From a virus (taxonomy: Duplodnaviria; Caudoviricetes): 64,000 nt of DNA. Shown one piece after another: positions 55,776 to 63,788 of the stretch. Position numbers and translations under genes: made by a program. The notes below the pieces were generated by a model. The model had not been told where the DNA came from. It was given only the letters and a program-made list of their open reading frames with translations, and searched no databases. The DNA lies in IMG/VR virus record IMGVR_UViG_3300037478_000283, positions 4,567 through 68,566 of that record; one strand, given 5' to 3'. Each line of letters begins with the position of its first letter. Positions within the stretch are counted from its first letter, which is position 1.

Positions 55776-56052
55776 CCAATTCTCGCCGCGGCACGAGTGG
55801 GACGACCATGGCGCCGACCTGTGGATGCTCATTCTCGCCGGCTGGGAGTGCTCCGTGGAATGGGACGCACACGAGGGCTGGGACTGGCTCGTGTTCGGGG
55901 TCGCCAGCGGTCACGTCACATGTAAGCCAGGCGACGTGAAGGCTCGCGGACTGGCGATGCGCATGGCCGAACTCGCTGCTGAGTTTGCGGCGGCGCACGT
56001 AGCCGAGTTCGCCGCTGAGTTTGCGGCGCAAAGGCACGGAGGTGGACAGTGA
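55765..56052 (+). CDS. hypothetical protein
   Basis: Trp-rich; C-terminal AE(L/F)AAEFAA duplication. Confidence 0.55.
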   Translation: MSTDQFSPRHEWDDHGADLWMLILAGWECSVEWDAHEGWDWLVFGVASGHVTCKPGDVKARGLAMRMAELAAEFAAAHVAEFAAEFAAQRHGGGQ

Positions 56053-56297
56053 GCGTACAAGCTTTCGACCTCTCCGACGGCGATGGCGTAGTGATCGTGG
56101 ATTCGGTCACGAAGAAACCGTTGTCGATCAGCGTCAATCTGTTCGAGTCTGCCGAGGAAGCAGAGGCGTTCATGTCATGGTGGGGCAATGATATCCGCAG
56201 CGTCAACAGTCGCGACGTGCTGGATCTGAGTGTTCATCGACTTGTGACGAAGTGGCGCGGACTTGGGCGCCCAGAGGAGCACGGCGATGCCGCTTGA
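56049..56297 (+). CDS. hypothetical protein
   Basis: GGAGG RBS. Confidence 0.6.
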   Translation: MSVQAFDLSDGDGVVIVDSVTKKPLSISVNLFESAEEAEAFMSWWGNDIRSVNSRDVLDLSVHRLVTKWRGLGRPEEHGDAA

Positions 56298-57168
56298 CTC
56301 AGCTCAACCGAGCGTGGCGCCGTTCGCTTCTCCGTCGATGCCGACCGGCCTCATGGACTGGAGCCACGAGCGGCACATCGCCGACAGAACAGCGATCTCG
56401 TTCGGCGCGATGGAACGGTTTGGCGTGGTCGATGACTCCGGCGAGGAAAGCAACCCGGCCGCATTCCAGTCATACTGGAATCGCGAGACCACTGACGCTA
56501 CAACGGCGAGTCTCGAGCTCGGCTCACTGATCCACATGGCGATCTATGAGCCCGATCGGCTGCTGGCCGAGGTCGCGGTCCGACCAACGAAGGACGATGG
56601 ATCATTGATCCGGTCGAACTCGAAAGAGTTTCGGACGTGGGCAGCTGAGAACGTCGGCAAGAGGTTCGTTCGTCCAGTCGATCTTGATCTCGTAACCGGG
56701 ATGGTTGCGGCGTCACTGGAAAGCCGTGCACTCGTGCAGCTCCGTCGACTGGAAACCGTTGCGATCGAGCGGTCAATGGTGTGGGTCGACCCCGAAACCG
56801 GGCTACGGTTGCGGATCCGTGTCGACCGGCTTTCGAGGCGACAGGACGGAGCGCTGGTGGTCGAGGATCTCAAGTCGACCGACGACGCCAGTCCCGCAGC
56901 GTTCCGACGAACCTGTCATCGCTGGCGCTACTTCGACCGACTCGCCCATTACATCGATGGCGTCGAGGCATGCTACGGCCAGCGTCCGCGCGGAGTCCTG
57001 GTACCAGCGTCGAAGCAACGTCCGTACCAGTTCGGCGTGTACGAGCCGCGCGAGGCCTGGCTCGAGGAAGGGCGAGCCCGCAACCGTGCCGTGCTCCGCG
57101 AGCTCGCGCGACGATTCAACGAAAACGACTGGTCATCCGATTGGGAGATAGGACCGGTGATGATCTGA
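56287..57168 (+). CDS. RecE/exonuclease VIII-like PD-(D/E)XK nuclease (DUF3799 type)
   Basis: LELGSLIHMAIYEP...IERSMVW.DPETG...RIRVDRL...EDLKST...Y..RLAHY..G. Confidence 0.9.
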   Translation: MPLDSAQPSVAPFASPSMPTGLMDWSHERHIADRTAISFGAMERFGVVDDSGEESNPAAFQSYWNRETTDATTASLELGSLIHMAIYEPDRLLAEVAVRPTKDDGSLIRSNSKEFRTWAAENVGKRFVRPVDLDLVTGMVAASLESRALVQLRRLETVAIERSMVWVDPETGLRLRIRVDRLSRRQDGALVVEDLKSTDDASPAAFRRTCHRWRYFDRLAHYIDGVEACYGQRPRGVLVPASKQRPYQFGVYEPREAWLEEGRARNRAVLRELARRFNENDWSSDWEIGPVMI

Positions 57169-57647
57169 TGGCGACCAAGACGCTACAGCAGCGCTTCGAT
57201 GAGAAGTGGATCCCGGAACCGAATACCGGGTGCTGGCTCTGGATTGGCGCCATAAAAAACAATGGCTACGGCGTCATTGCAGGTTCCGACGGCAGACTTC
57301 TCCACGCTCACCGTCTTGCATTTGCGTTGTACGTCGGCCCGATCCTTCAGGGGATGGATATCGACCATCGCTGCCGTACGCGTGCATGTTGCAATCCTGA
57401 ACACCTTCGCCAAGCAACTCGTTCGCAGAACATGCACAATCAATCGGCACATCACGATGGATCTTCCAAGTATAAAGGTGTGAGCTATGCTGTGCGCTTG
57501 AAAAAATGGAATGCGCAAATCCTAATTCGTGGTCGTAATAAACATATAGGGTGTTTTGTGACCGAAGAGGAGGCAGCTCGCGCATACGACTCCGCGGCAC
57601 GGACGCATTTTGGACCGTTCGCAAACCTGAACTTCCAAGCAGATTAG
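57168..57647 (+). CDS. HNH-AP2 homing endonuclease
   Basis: PEPNTGCWLW...AHR...IDHRC...CCNPEHL...SSKYKGV...EEAARAYD.AAR..FG.FA. Confidence 0.92.
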   Translation: MATKTLQQRFDEKWIPEPNTGCWLWIGAIKNNGYGVIAGSDGRLLHAHRLAFALYVGPILQGMDIDHRCRTRACCNPEHLRQATRSQNMHNQSAHHDGSSKYKGVSYAVRLKKWNAQILIRGRNKHIGCFVTEEEAARAYDSAARTHFGPFANLNFQAD

Positions 57648-57670
57648 ACCAGATCAGAAAGGCAACAGCG

Positions 57671-58699
57671 ATGAACGAAGACAGCAACGAAGCGATTACG
57701 GATCTGGACATCATCCAGCCATCCGCGATTGAACACCTCACAAAGGCGGAGATCGATTGCCAGATCGCAACTGCCCGCAAGTACCCGCGCAGCATCAAAT
57801 CGGCGATGAACCGCATGATCGAGCTGGCAACGGTTACCCGCGCAACTGCGTCCAGCAGCTTCTATCGACTGCCGCGCCGGGAATGGGACGAGGCCACCAA
57901 AACCTACGTCAACAAGGTAATCGAGGGGCCGTCGATCCGGCTCGCCGAAATGGCAGCGTCGGCGTTCGGGAATCTTCGATTCGGCGCCAGGGTCGTCGAG
58001 ATCGGGCACGACAGGATCGTCGCCCAAGGATTTTGTGCAGACCTCGAGACCAACAATGCATGCGCGGTAGAGGTGAGCGGATCGATCCTCACTAAGAAGG
58101 GCAAGCGATATGTGGAGCACATGATCACGACAACGGCGAACGCGTTATGTAGCAAGGCGCTGCGAAACGCGGTGTTTCGGATTATCCCGAGATCGTACGT
58201 GGACCAGGTGCTTCGCGAGTGCAAGCAGGTTGCGATCGGCAAAGGTATGACAATGATCGAGCGGTGGAAGGAGATCCGGGAAAGCTACAGCCGTCACGGG
58301 GTGGACGAGAAAAAGCTTCTGATGGCGCTCGGGCGAAAAGGTGTTGCCGACGTCACCACGGACGATCTCGTGCACCTGCACGGCCTACTGACGTCGATCG
58401 ACGACGGCGAGATCACGGCAGAACGGGCGCTTCGCCCCGAAGGCGAAGATGGGATCGAGCGCTCCACTGTGGCCGACGAGCTTACCGATCAGGAGCGTGT
58501 AAAGCTCGAACAGCAACGGCAAGAGGACGAGGAGCTACAAGTGCTCGTCCGGCAGCTCAGCGAGATCGATGCCGAGGCTGTCGAGAACGTCACTCGATCG
58601 GCGCCCAGTAACGCGGCGGCACTCGTGGAGCTTCGCAAGCTACGAGACAAGGTTGAGAAGTCCAGGGGCAAAAAGGGTCAACAGAACCTCGGGGAGTAA
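57671..58699 (+). CDS. putative single-strand annealing/recombination protein
   Basis: Downstream of RecE-like gene; AEIDCQIATARKYPRS...IEGPSIRLAE...FGNL conserved phage family; function inferred from synteny. Confidence 0.6.
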   Translation: MNEDSNEAITDLDIIQPSAIEHLTKAEIDCQIATARKYPRSIKSAMNRMIELATVTRATASSSFYRLPRREWDEATKTYVNKVIEGPSIRLAEMAASAFGNLRFGARVVEIGHDRIVAQGFCADLETNNACAVEVSGSILTKKGKRYVEHMITTTANALCSKALRNAVFRIIPRSYVDQVLRECKQVAIGKGMTMIERWKEIRESYSRHGVDEKKLLMALGRKGVADVTTDDLVHLHGLLTSIDDGEITAERALRPEGEDGIERSTVADELTDQERVKLEQQRQEDEELQVLVRQLSEIDAEAVENVTRSAPSNAAALVELRKLRDKVEKSRGKKGQQNLGE

Positions 58700-58703
58700 C
58701 GCC

Positions 58704-59303
58704 ATGTCATGGGATCAACGAATCGAAACCCACGACTGCGTGGAGCAGAAAATGGAATGGCCAGCCGGTCCGTGGCTGGAGGAGCCGGACAAGATCCAGT
58801 GGATCGACGAGGCTACAGGACTGGACTGCCTCATCGTCCGGCAGTCAGAGAGCGGGCACCTGTGCGGTTACGCTGGCGTGCCTCCGGGTCATCCGCTGCA
58901 CGGGGCGCCGCACAGCGAGCCCGCCGCGGCGCTGCGTGAAGCATGGGTGCGTAGGCAGGAGCAGTCTATCGGCGACGCGTCTCCGCTTGTCCTCCTGTTC
59001 GCCGCGCGCGGAGACGACGAGGATCCGAGACCGGACTGCGTCTTCGACGTCCATGGGAGCCTGACGTTTTCCGGCGGATGCGAGGAAGGCGGACGGATCT
59101 GCCACGTCCCGCAAGACGATCGGTCGAAGGACGTTTGGTGGTACGGGTTCGACTGCATGCACTGTCGGGACTTCTCGCCGCGTGACATGGCGCGACGCAA
59201 ACGTGGCGAATGGATGATTGACCAACAGGCTACCTACAAAGACATTGGCTACGTCCGCCAACAAACCGAAAAGCTGGCGGCGCAGTTGAAGGAGATCGGC
59301 TGA
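58704..59303 (+). CDS. conserved hypothetical phage protein
   Basis: GHLCGYAGVPPGHP...VHGSLTFS...WWYGFDCMH. Confidence 0.8.
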   Translation: MSWDQRIETHDCVEQKMEWPAGPWLEEPDKIQWIDEATGLDCLIVRQSESGHLCGYAGVPPGHPLHGAPHSEPAAALREAWVRRQEQSIGDASPLVLLFAARGDDEDPRPDCVFDVHGSLTFSGGCEEGGRICHVPQDDRSKDVWWYGFDCMHCRDFSPRDMARRKRGEWMIDQQATYKDIGYVRQQTEKLAAQLKEIG

Positions 59304-59470
59304 TGTCCCGCGACACCAAAGCACTCAAACGCCTCTACCGGCGAGGGAACGCGCCCAGACCGACCAGGCAACCGTTCCGTGCGTGGTGCCGGGAACTCGC
59401 CGCGTATGCTGGTGACGATGCGAAGCGGCTGGCGGAGGGCTGGCTGCGCAGGAAAGGGCTGCGACAATGA
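59303..59470 (+). CDS. basic 55-aa protein
   Basis: TGATG/ATGA overlaps, GGAG RBS. Confidence 0.55.
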   Translation: MSRDTKALKRLYRRGNAPRPTRQPFRAWCRELAAYAGDDAKRLAEGWLRRKGLRQ

Positions 59471-59871
59471 GCCGATCCGGATACGGCAACTGCGAAAACC
59501 CAGCCTGCTACATGTGGCAGAGCGTCGTAGACCGCACGATCAAGGGCAAACGCGGGCAAGCCTTCCTCCGCGAGTGCCTGGCTGCCCTCGACGCGTTGCC
59601 GGAAAAGCGCCTGGTCGCAGGCGAGCTCGTATCGGAGGAGGGATGCTGCGCGATGGGAGCTGTTGCGCTGGCGCGAGGCATGGACGTGCGCAATGTCGAC
59701 GCGGACAACAGGAGACAGGTTGCAGACGCGTTCGGCATCACGCCCTCATTGGCCTCGGAGATTGCGTACGTCAACGATGACGATGCGTATTACCTACCTG
59801 ACGAAACACCCGAGCAACGCTTCGAGCGCGTCCGCAAGTGGGTTGCCTCGCGGATCGTGGAGGACATCTAA
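59467..59871 (+). CDS. conserved hypothetical phage protein
   Basis: MSRSGY...KGKRGQAFLRECLAALDALPEKRL...CAMG. Confidence 0.8.
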   Translation: MSRSGYGNCENPACYMWQSVVDRTIKGKRGQAFLRECLAALDALPEKRLVAGELVSEEGCCAMGAVALARGMDVRNVDADNRRQVADAFGITPSLASEIAYVNDDDAYYLPDETPEQRFERVRKWVASRIVEDI

Positions 59872-59963
59872 TGAGACTGCTTGAACGCCTCGTGCTCCGA
59901 GCACTTCGCCTCGCCATCGTGACACTCGTCGCGCTCTACGTCTATCACGGAGGCGTTCGGTGA
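59871..59963 (+). CDS. 30-aa hydrophobic peptide
   Basis: TAATG overlap, GGAGG RBS. Confidence 0.4.
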   Translation: MRLLERLVLRALRLAIVTLVALYVYHGGVR

Positions 59964-59967
59964 TCCT

Positions 59968-60037
59968 GGGTCGTGAGCTCTGGGGAGCTGCATGGACTCC
60001 AAATCCGTGCGGTGCGGTTCGATTCCGCAGCGACTCG
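59968..60037 (+). tRNA. trnW: tRNA-Trp(CCA), non-canonical 70-nt cloverleaf, CCA end not encoded
   Basis: Acceptor GGGTCGT/GCGACTC, D arm GCTC-TGGG-GAGC, anticodon arm GCATGGA-CTCCAAA-TCCGTGC, T arm TGCGG-TTCGATT-CCGCA, discriminator G. Confidence 0.8.
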
Positions 60038-60045
60038 CGAACAAC

Positions 60046-60422
60046 GAGACCCACGGCCCGTTTTAGGGCCAAGGTTGCCGCAAGGCTGAGGACGGTGAAA
60101 TACACACCTGGACCCCTCGTCTGGATCGAAGGCGTTGGACGTCGGACGAAACACGCCACCCAATCAGGCATTAGCCTGAGTGCAAGTGGAAGACGTGACT
60201 TGCCGGTTGAGAGCAACCGGCTGCACCCGATCTGGCAATGGTGCCTCCGACCACCAGTCCATTCGCCTGTAGCGAACGACTGGGTATGTGAAGCACGGCG
60301 GTCGGACCTCGGCAACGGGGAAGATCGGGCCTTTCTGGGACTGCGCGCGCGCTACCACTCGCGTGACGGCGCTCGACTTCGTGCGCGTGTGCGGTCCCAC
60401 CTTTTCCCGGTGTCTCTTTTTT
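60046..60422 (+). ncRNA. candidate ~370-nt highly structured ncRNA
   Basis: Closed by GAGAC 60046-50/GTCTC 60412-16 followed by T6; more than 10 nested helices, two GCAA tetraloops. Confidence 0.7.
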
Positions 60423-60463
60423 CGCCAGCCCCGCGGCGCGAGCACAGACCTCGCTCCGCGAGC

Positions 60464-60483
60464 TTATCCCCAACTTATCCACA
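60464..60483 (+). promoter_or_regulatory. tandem DnaA boxes TTATCCCCA and TTATCCACA
   Basis: Perfect consensus at 60475-83, 1-mismatch copy at 60464-72, 11-bp period, non-coding. Confidence 0.7.
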
Positions 60484-60570
60484 CGCAACGCTGAACACCA
60501 GCTCCTAACCCGATCTGCGTAGGCGCTCGCCTCGCTCCCACTCCAAACCCTTCCTACACCGCGATCTCGA

Positions 60571-60900
60571 ATGACTCAAGCACAAATAAAAGCCGGGCAG
60601 CCGGAATCGTCGAACCCTCGCGGCTCCGGCATGCGTGACGACGGTCCCGGCGACATCAAGCCGAAGGACGCACTCGCTGCACGGGTGACCAGGTATCGGA
60701 GCGGCGAAGAGTTCGGTCGGATCGACGAGTCGCGGCTTTGGATCGCCGAAGCGTTGCGGCTCGAAGAAGAGCTCAGTGGCGATTCGCGGGCAGCAGTCGG
60801 GATCTTGCGGCGACGCGTGGAGGCGAGTTTACGGAAACGGTTTGGCGACGAGCAGGCACAGCAGGCGATGTGGCTTGCGGGGAAGGGGGCGGAGCCGTGA
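60571..60900 (+). CDS. hypothetical protein
   Basis: ORF after DnaA boxes; start uncertain. Confidence 0.5.
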   Translation: MTQAQIKAGQPESSNPRGSGMRDDGPGDIKPKDALAARVTRYRSGEEFGRIDESRLWIAEALRLEEELSGDSRAAVGILRRRVEASLRKRFGDEQAQQAMWLAGKGAEP

Positions 60901-61112
60901 CAGACGCTGAACTTGTAGAGCGAGCCGTTCGTAACGCTGGCATCAGAAGCTGCGACCGTTTGCCGAAGTGGGCCCATGTTCGCGATGCGTTCGGGATTGG
61001 CTCAACCTCGGCTACAGAGCTGTGCCGGCGCTTCAGCTCCGACCCTGATGAGCTGACCGGAATCGATGAAGCCGAGATCGTCGCCCGCGAGCAGACGGAG
61101 GCGGAGGGATGA
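60897..61112 (+). CDS. conserved hypothetical phage protein
   Basis: KWAHVRDAFGIGSTSATELCRRF..DPDE. Confidence 0.7.
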   Translation: MTDAELVERAVRNAGIRSCDRLPKWAHVRDAFGIGSTSATELCRRFSSDPDELTGIDEAEIVAREQTEAEG

Positions 61113-61660
61113 TAGCCGCCGTTCTACTCGCAGCCCTGCTTTCGCCTCCTGGCGCCGCCGACCTCACGCGTCCGCTGCTGCATACGATCACCTACCCAGG
61201 CTCGCTCCGCAGTCGCAAGGGCCCCACCTATCATCGTCACTGCCGCGAGGCGCCCGGCGGCTGCGTGGCCCGCGTCCGTCGGTTCGCTGCGCTGATCCTG
61301 TGGGCGGCACACCGGCACCGGGTAAGCCAGACGCTGCTGGCTTCGATGGCTCTGCGAGAATCAGGGCTAAATCCATGGGCGGTCGGTCCGGGCGGGGAGC
61401 GTGGACTTCTCCAAATCCACCCCTCCAATCGCATGGCGCACCGCGTCACGTTTCACAAGCGCCCCGAATGCGCGCGGCGATCGGATGCGTGCCAGTGGGA
61501 AGTGATCGACGCCGCGGCTGAGCTACTCGCGTCGGCGATCCGGGTCTGTCGATCGGTTGAGTCTGGATTGACCATGTACTGGTCTGGGAGATGCGGATCG
61601 TCAGGATACGCCGCTCGGGTAATCGCGACTCGTAATCATATGGAGGCATCAGGTGTCTGA
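61109..61660 (+). CDS. lytic transglycosylase (SLT) with signal peptide
   Basis: ALRESGLNPWAVGPGGERGLLQI; hydrophobic N-terminus. Confidence 0.88.
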   Translation: MIAAVLLAALLSPPGAADLTRPLLHTITYPGSLRSRKGPTYHRHCREAPGGCVARVRRFAALILWAAHRHRVSQTLLASMALRESGLNPWAVGPGGERGLLQIHPSNRMAHRVTFHKRPECARRSDACQWEVIDAAAELLASAIRVCRSVESGLTMYWSGRCGSSGYAARVIATRNHMEASGV

Positions 61661-62174
61661 GGTATGGAAGCCTATCACCGGAGCTGACGGTTACGAAGCG
61701 TCGTCACTTGGTAACATCCGCTCATGGAGAAGCAATGGTGGCAATCTCCGCAAATCACCGAAGCTTATAAAGTGTCGCGCTGGAAACGGCCATGGGTACT
61801 TGATGTTTCTCGCATCCGGTGGGGCAAAGAGGAGACTGCTAACGGTCCACCGGTGCGTCCTGGTTGCATTTGCCGGGCCACTCCCATTCGCCGGCGCTGT
61901 ATGCCGTCACATGAACGGCGACAAAGCAGATAACCGTGCTGAGAATCTTGCTTGGGGTACACGCGAGGAAAACGAAGCCGATAAGGAGCGTCACGGCACG
62001 AAGTTGTACGGAACGGCGGTATACGGAGCAAAGCTGACCGATGAACAGGTGCAGTCCATTCGTATGGACCCGCGCCGACAAATTGATATCGCCCGCGAGT
62101 ACGGCATTGGACAGCAACACGTCAGTAAGATCAAATTAGGACAGTGTCGGATCCAACTGAAAGGTGAGGCATGA
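61653..62174 (+). CDS. NUMOD4-HNH homing endonuclease
   Basis: EVWKPITGADGYEASSLGNIRS...VHRCVL.AF.GP...CRHMNGDKADNRAENLAW. Confidence 0.92.
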   Translation: MSEVWKPITGADGYEASSLGNIRSWRSNGGNLRKSPKLIKCRAGNGHGYLMFLASGGAKRRLLTVHRCVLVAFAGPLPFAGAVCRHMNGDKADNRAENLAWGTREENEADKERHGTKLYGTAVYGAKLTDEQVQSIRMDPRRQIDIAREYGIGQQHVSKIKLGQCRIQLKGEA

Positions 62175-62884
62175 GTCGCATCGCCTATCCACTCCCCGAC
62201 AAGCCTGCATCGGGATACCACAACCGCAAGCTGCGCCGAAGTGTCGTGCGCCAGATCGTGGATCTTGCGGATGAAGGCCGAGACCTGCACGACATCGCCA
62301 GGATCGTGAAGTTGGGTTGGTCCGCCGTGAGGGATGTACTCGTGGTACGCGGCTATTTCCGCGACGCTCGTTGCACCCCGGACGAGCGCACCAAGTTCCA
62401 CCGCGAGCAACGGCAGCGCGAAGAGCAGCGCGCCCGTGAGGCAGCGGAACACGAGCGGATGATGGCGGCGATCGGCGCCGAGCTGTCGCGTGCGCGCGAA
62501 CAGGCAGCCACGAACCCACTATCCTGTCCGGCGCCGCAGCCCATCGATATCGATGTTCCGACCAGCTTCTCGGCATCGCAGGACTGGCCGCTTTGCCTAC
62601 ACGGTCATCCGCGAACGCCGGAGAACTATACCAATAATGGTAAGTGCCGAGCGTGCCACAACAAGTGCGAACGCAGGCGCCATCACCGTAGGGAGCAACA
62701 CCGTATGACAGCAAAACGAAAGCGGGACGCTGTCCGTGCGTCCGGCGAGTTCCCGCGCAAGTCGATCTCGATCCGCGGAGCCACCTACAAGCGGTTGCAG
62801 GAGTACTGCCAGCAGCGTGGCATTGCGGTCTCGGCACTCATTGAGTCGTGGATCGCGGAGCAGATCCAGGAGGACACGCAGTGA
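62171..62884 (+). CDS. HTH + CxxGH zinc finger + RHH multi-domain regulator
   Basis: LHDIARIVKLGWSAVRDVL; CLHGHPRTPEN...CRAC; RKSISIRGATYKRLQEYC...VSALIESWI. Confidence 0.75.
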   Translation: MSRIAYPLPDKPASGYHNRKLRRSVVRQIVDLADEGRDLHDIARIVKLGWSAVRDVLVVRGYFRDARCTPDERTKFHREQRQREEQRAREAAEHERMMAAIGAELSRAREQAATNPLSCPAPQPIDIDVPTSFSASQDWPLCLHGHPRTPENYTNNGKCRACHNKCERRRHHRREQHRMTAKRKRDAVRASGEFPRKSISIRGATYKRLQEYCQQRGIAVSALIESWIAEQIQEDTQ

Positions 62885-63201
62885 TCCAGCGTGAGACATG
62901 CAAGCGCGGACACCCGTGGACCGCGGACAACATCCACACGCGCAAGGATGGGCGTCAGGAGTGCCGCACGTGTCACCGCGAGTGTCAGCGTGAGCATGCG
63001 AAGCAACGGCAGTTTCGGTGCTCAGTGCTACTGAAGCAGTCGACCTGCTTCAGGGTCAAGGAATACGCCCGAGCAATGCGGCTGCCGATGAACAAGATCA
63101 TCGACATGCTGCTGAATGACGCGCTCGACAAGCGGGTGCCGCATGACGTGCTGATGCGGCGTTCAGCCGAGCGCGAGTCGGAAAAGGAGTTGGCGCAATG
63201 A
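62881..63201 (+). CDS. CxxGH zinc finger + RHH-like protein
   Basis: CKRGHPWTADN...KDG..ECRTC; SVLLKQST..RVKEYA...MNKIIDMLL. Confidence 0.75.
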   Translation: MIQRETCKRGHPWTADNIHTRKDGRQECRTCHRECQREHAKQRQFRCSVLLKQSTCFRVKEYARAMRLPMNKIIDMLLNDALDKRVPHDVLMRRSAERESEKELAQ

Positions 63202-63788
63202 CACCGCGGATCCTGCTCGACCTCGATGGCGTGCTCGCCGATTTTGTCGGCGGGGTGTGCCGGTTGTGGGACATTTCCTATGCCGAGCTCGTGGCGAATT
63301 GGGGCGATGACTACGACATCTGCGTGCCACTCGGGATTACGACGGATGAACTCTGGCGCCGGATCGACGCCGCCGGTGAGTCGTTCTGGGCCGAGCTCGA
63401 GCCGTACCCGTGGGCGTACGATCTGTTCGCGGCGTGCTGCGAGCTCGCACCGACGACGATCCTGACCAGCCCATCGTGGCACCCGAGTTCGCTCGCCGGG
63501 AAGCTCAAGTGGATGAACCGGCATCTCAGCGAGGCTGACGTGTTTCGTCGATATCTGATCGGACCAACGAAGGAAGCATGCGCCCACCGCAACGCGATCC
63601 TGATCGATGACCGGCCGGAGAACTGCGACACGTTCAAGCGGCACGGTGGGCATGCGGTTCTGTTTCCGGCGCCGTGGAACGATCATCGCGGATGCGTCGA
63701 CCCTCTCAGGCACACACTGATGGCGACAACAGAATTCATCACACGGCAACGGTTTGCGAGCATGATGAGAGGGGGACAGAGTGGCTAG
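63198..63788 (+). CDS. 5'(3')-deoxyribonucleotidase (HAD, NT5C-like)
   Basis: LDLDGVLADF...FWAELEP...ILTSP...K..W...LIDDRPEN. Confidence 0.92.
   Translation: MTPRILLDLDGVLADFVGGVCRLWDISYAELVANWGDDYDICVPLGITTDELWRRIDAAGESFWAELEPYPWAYDLFAACCELAPTTILTSPSWHPSSLAGKLKWMNRHLSEADVFRRYLIGPTKEACAHRNAILIDDRPENCDTFKRHGGHAVLFPAPWNDHRGCVDPLRHTLMATTEFITRQRFASMMRGGQSG

Noticed and set aside
59960-60508. 182-aa ORF (and 60288-60494) in the ORF track
   Set aside because: No recognisable motifs, Arg/Ser/Pro-rich, and it overlies a tRNA cloverleaf and dense RNA helices; treated as spurious.
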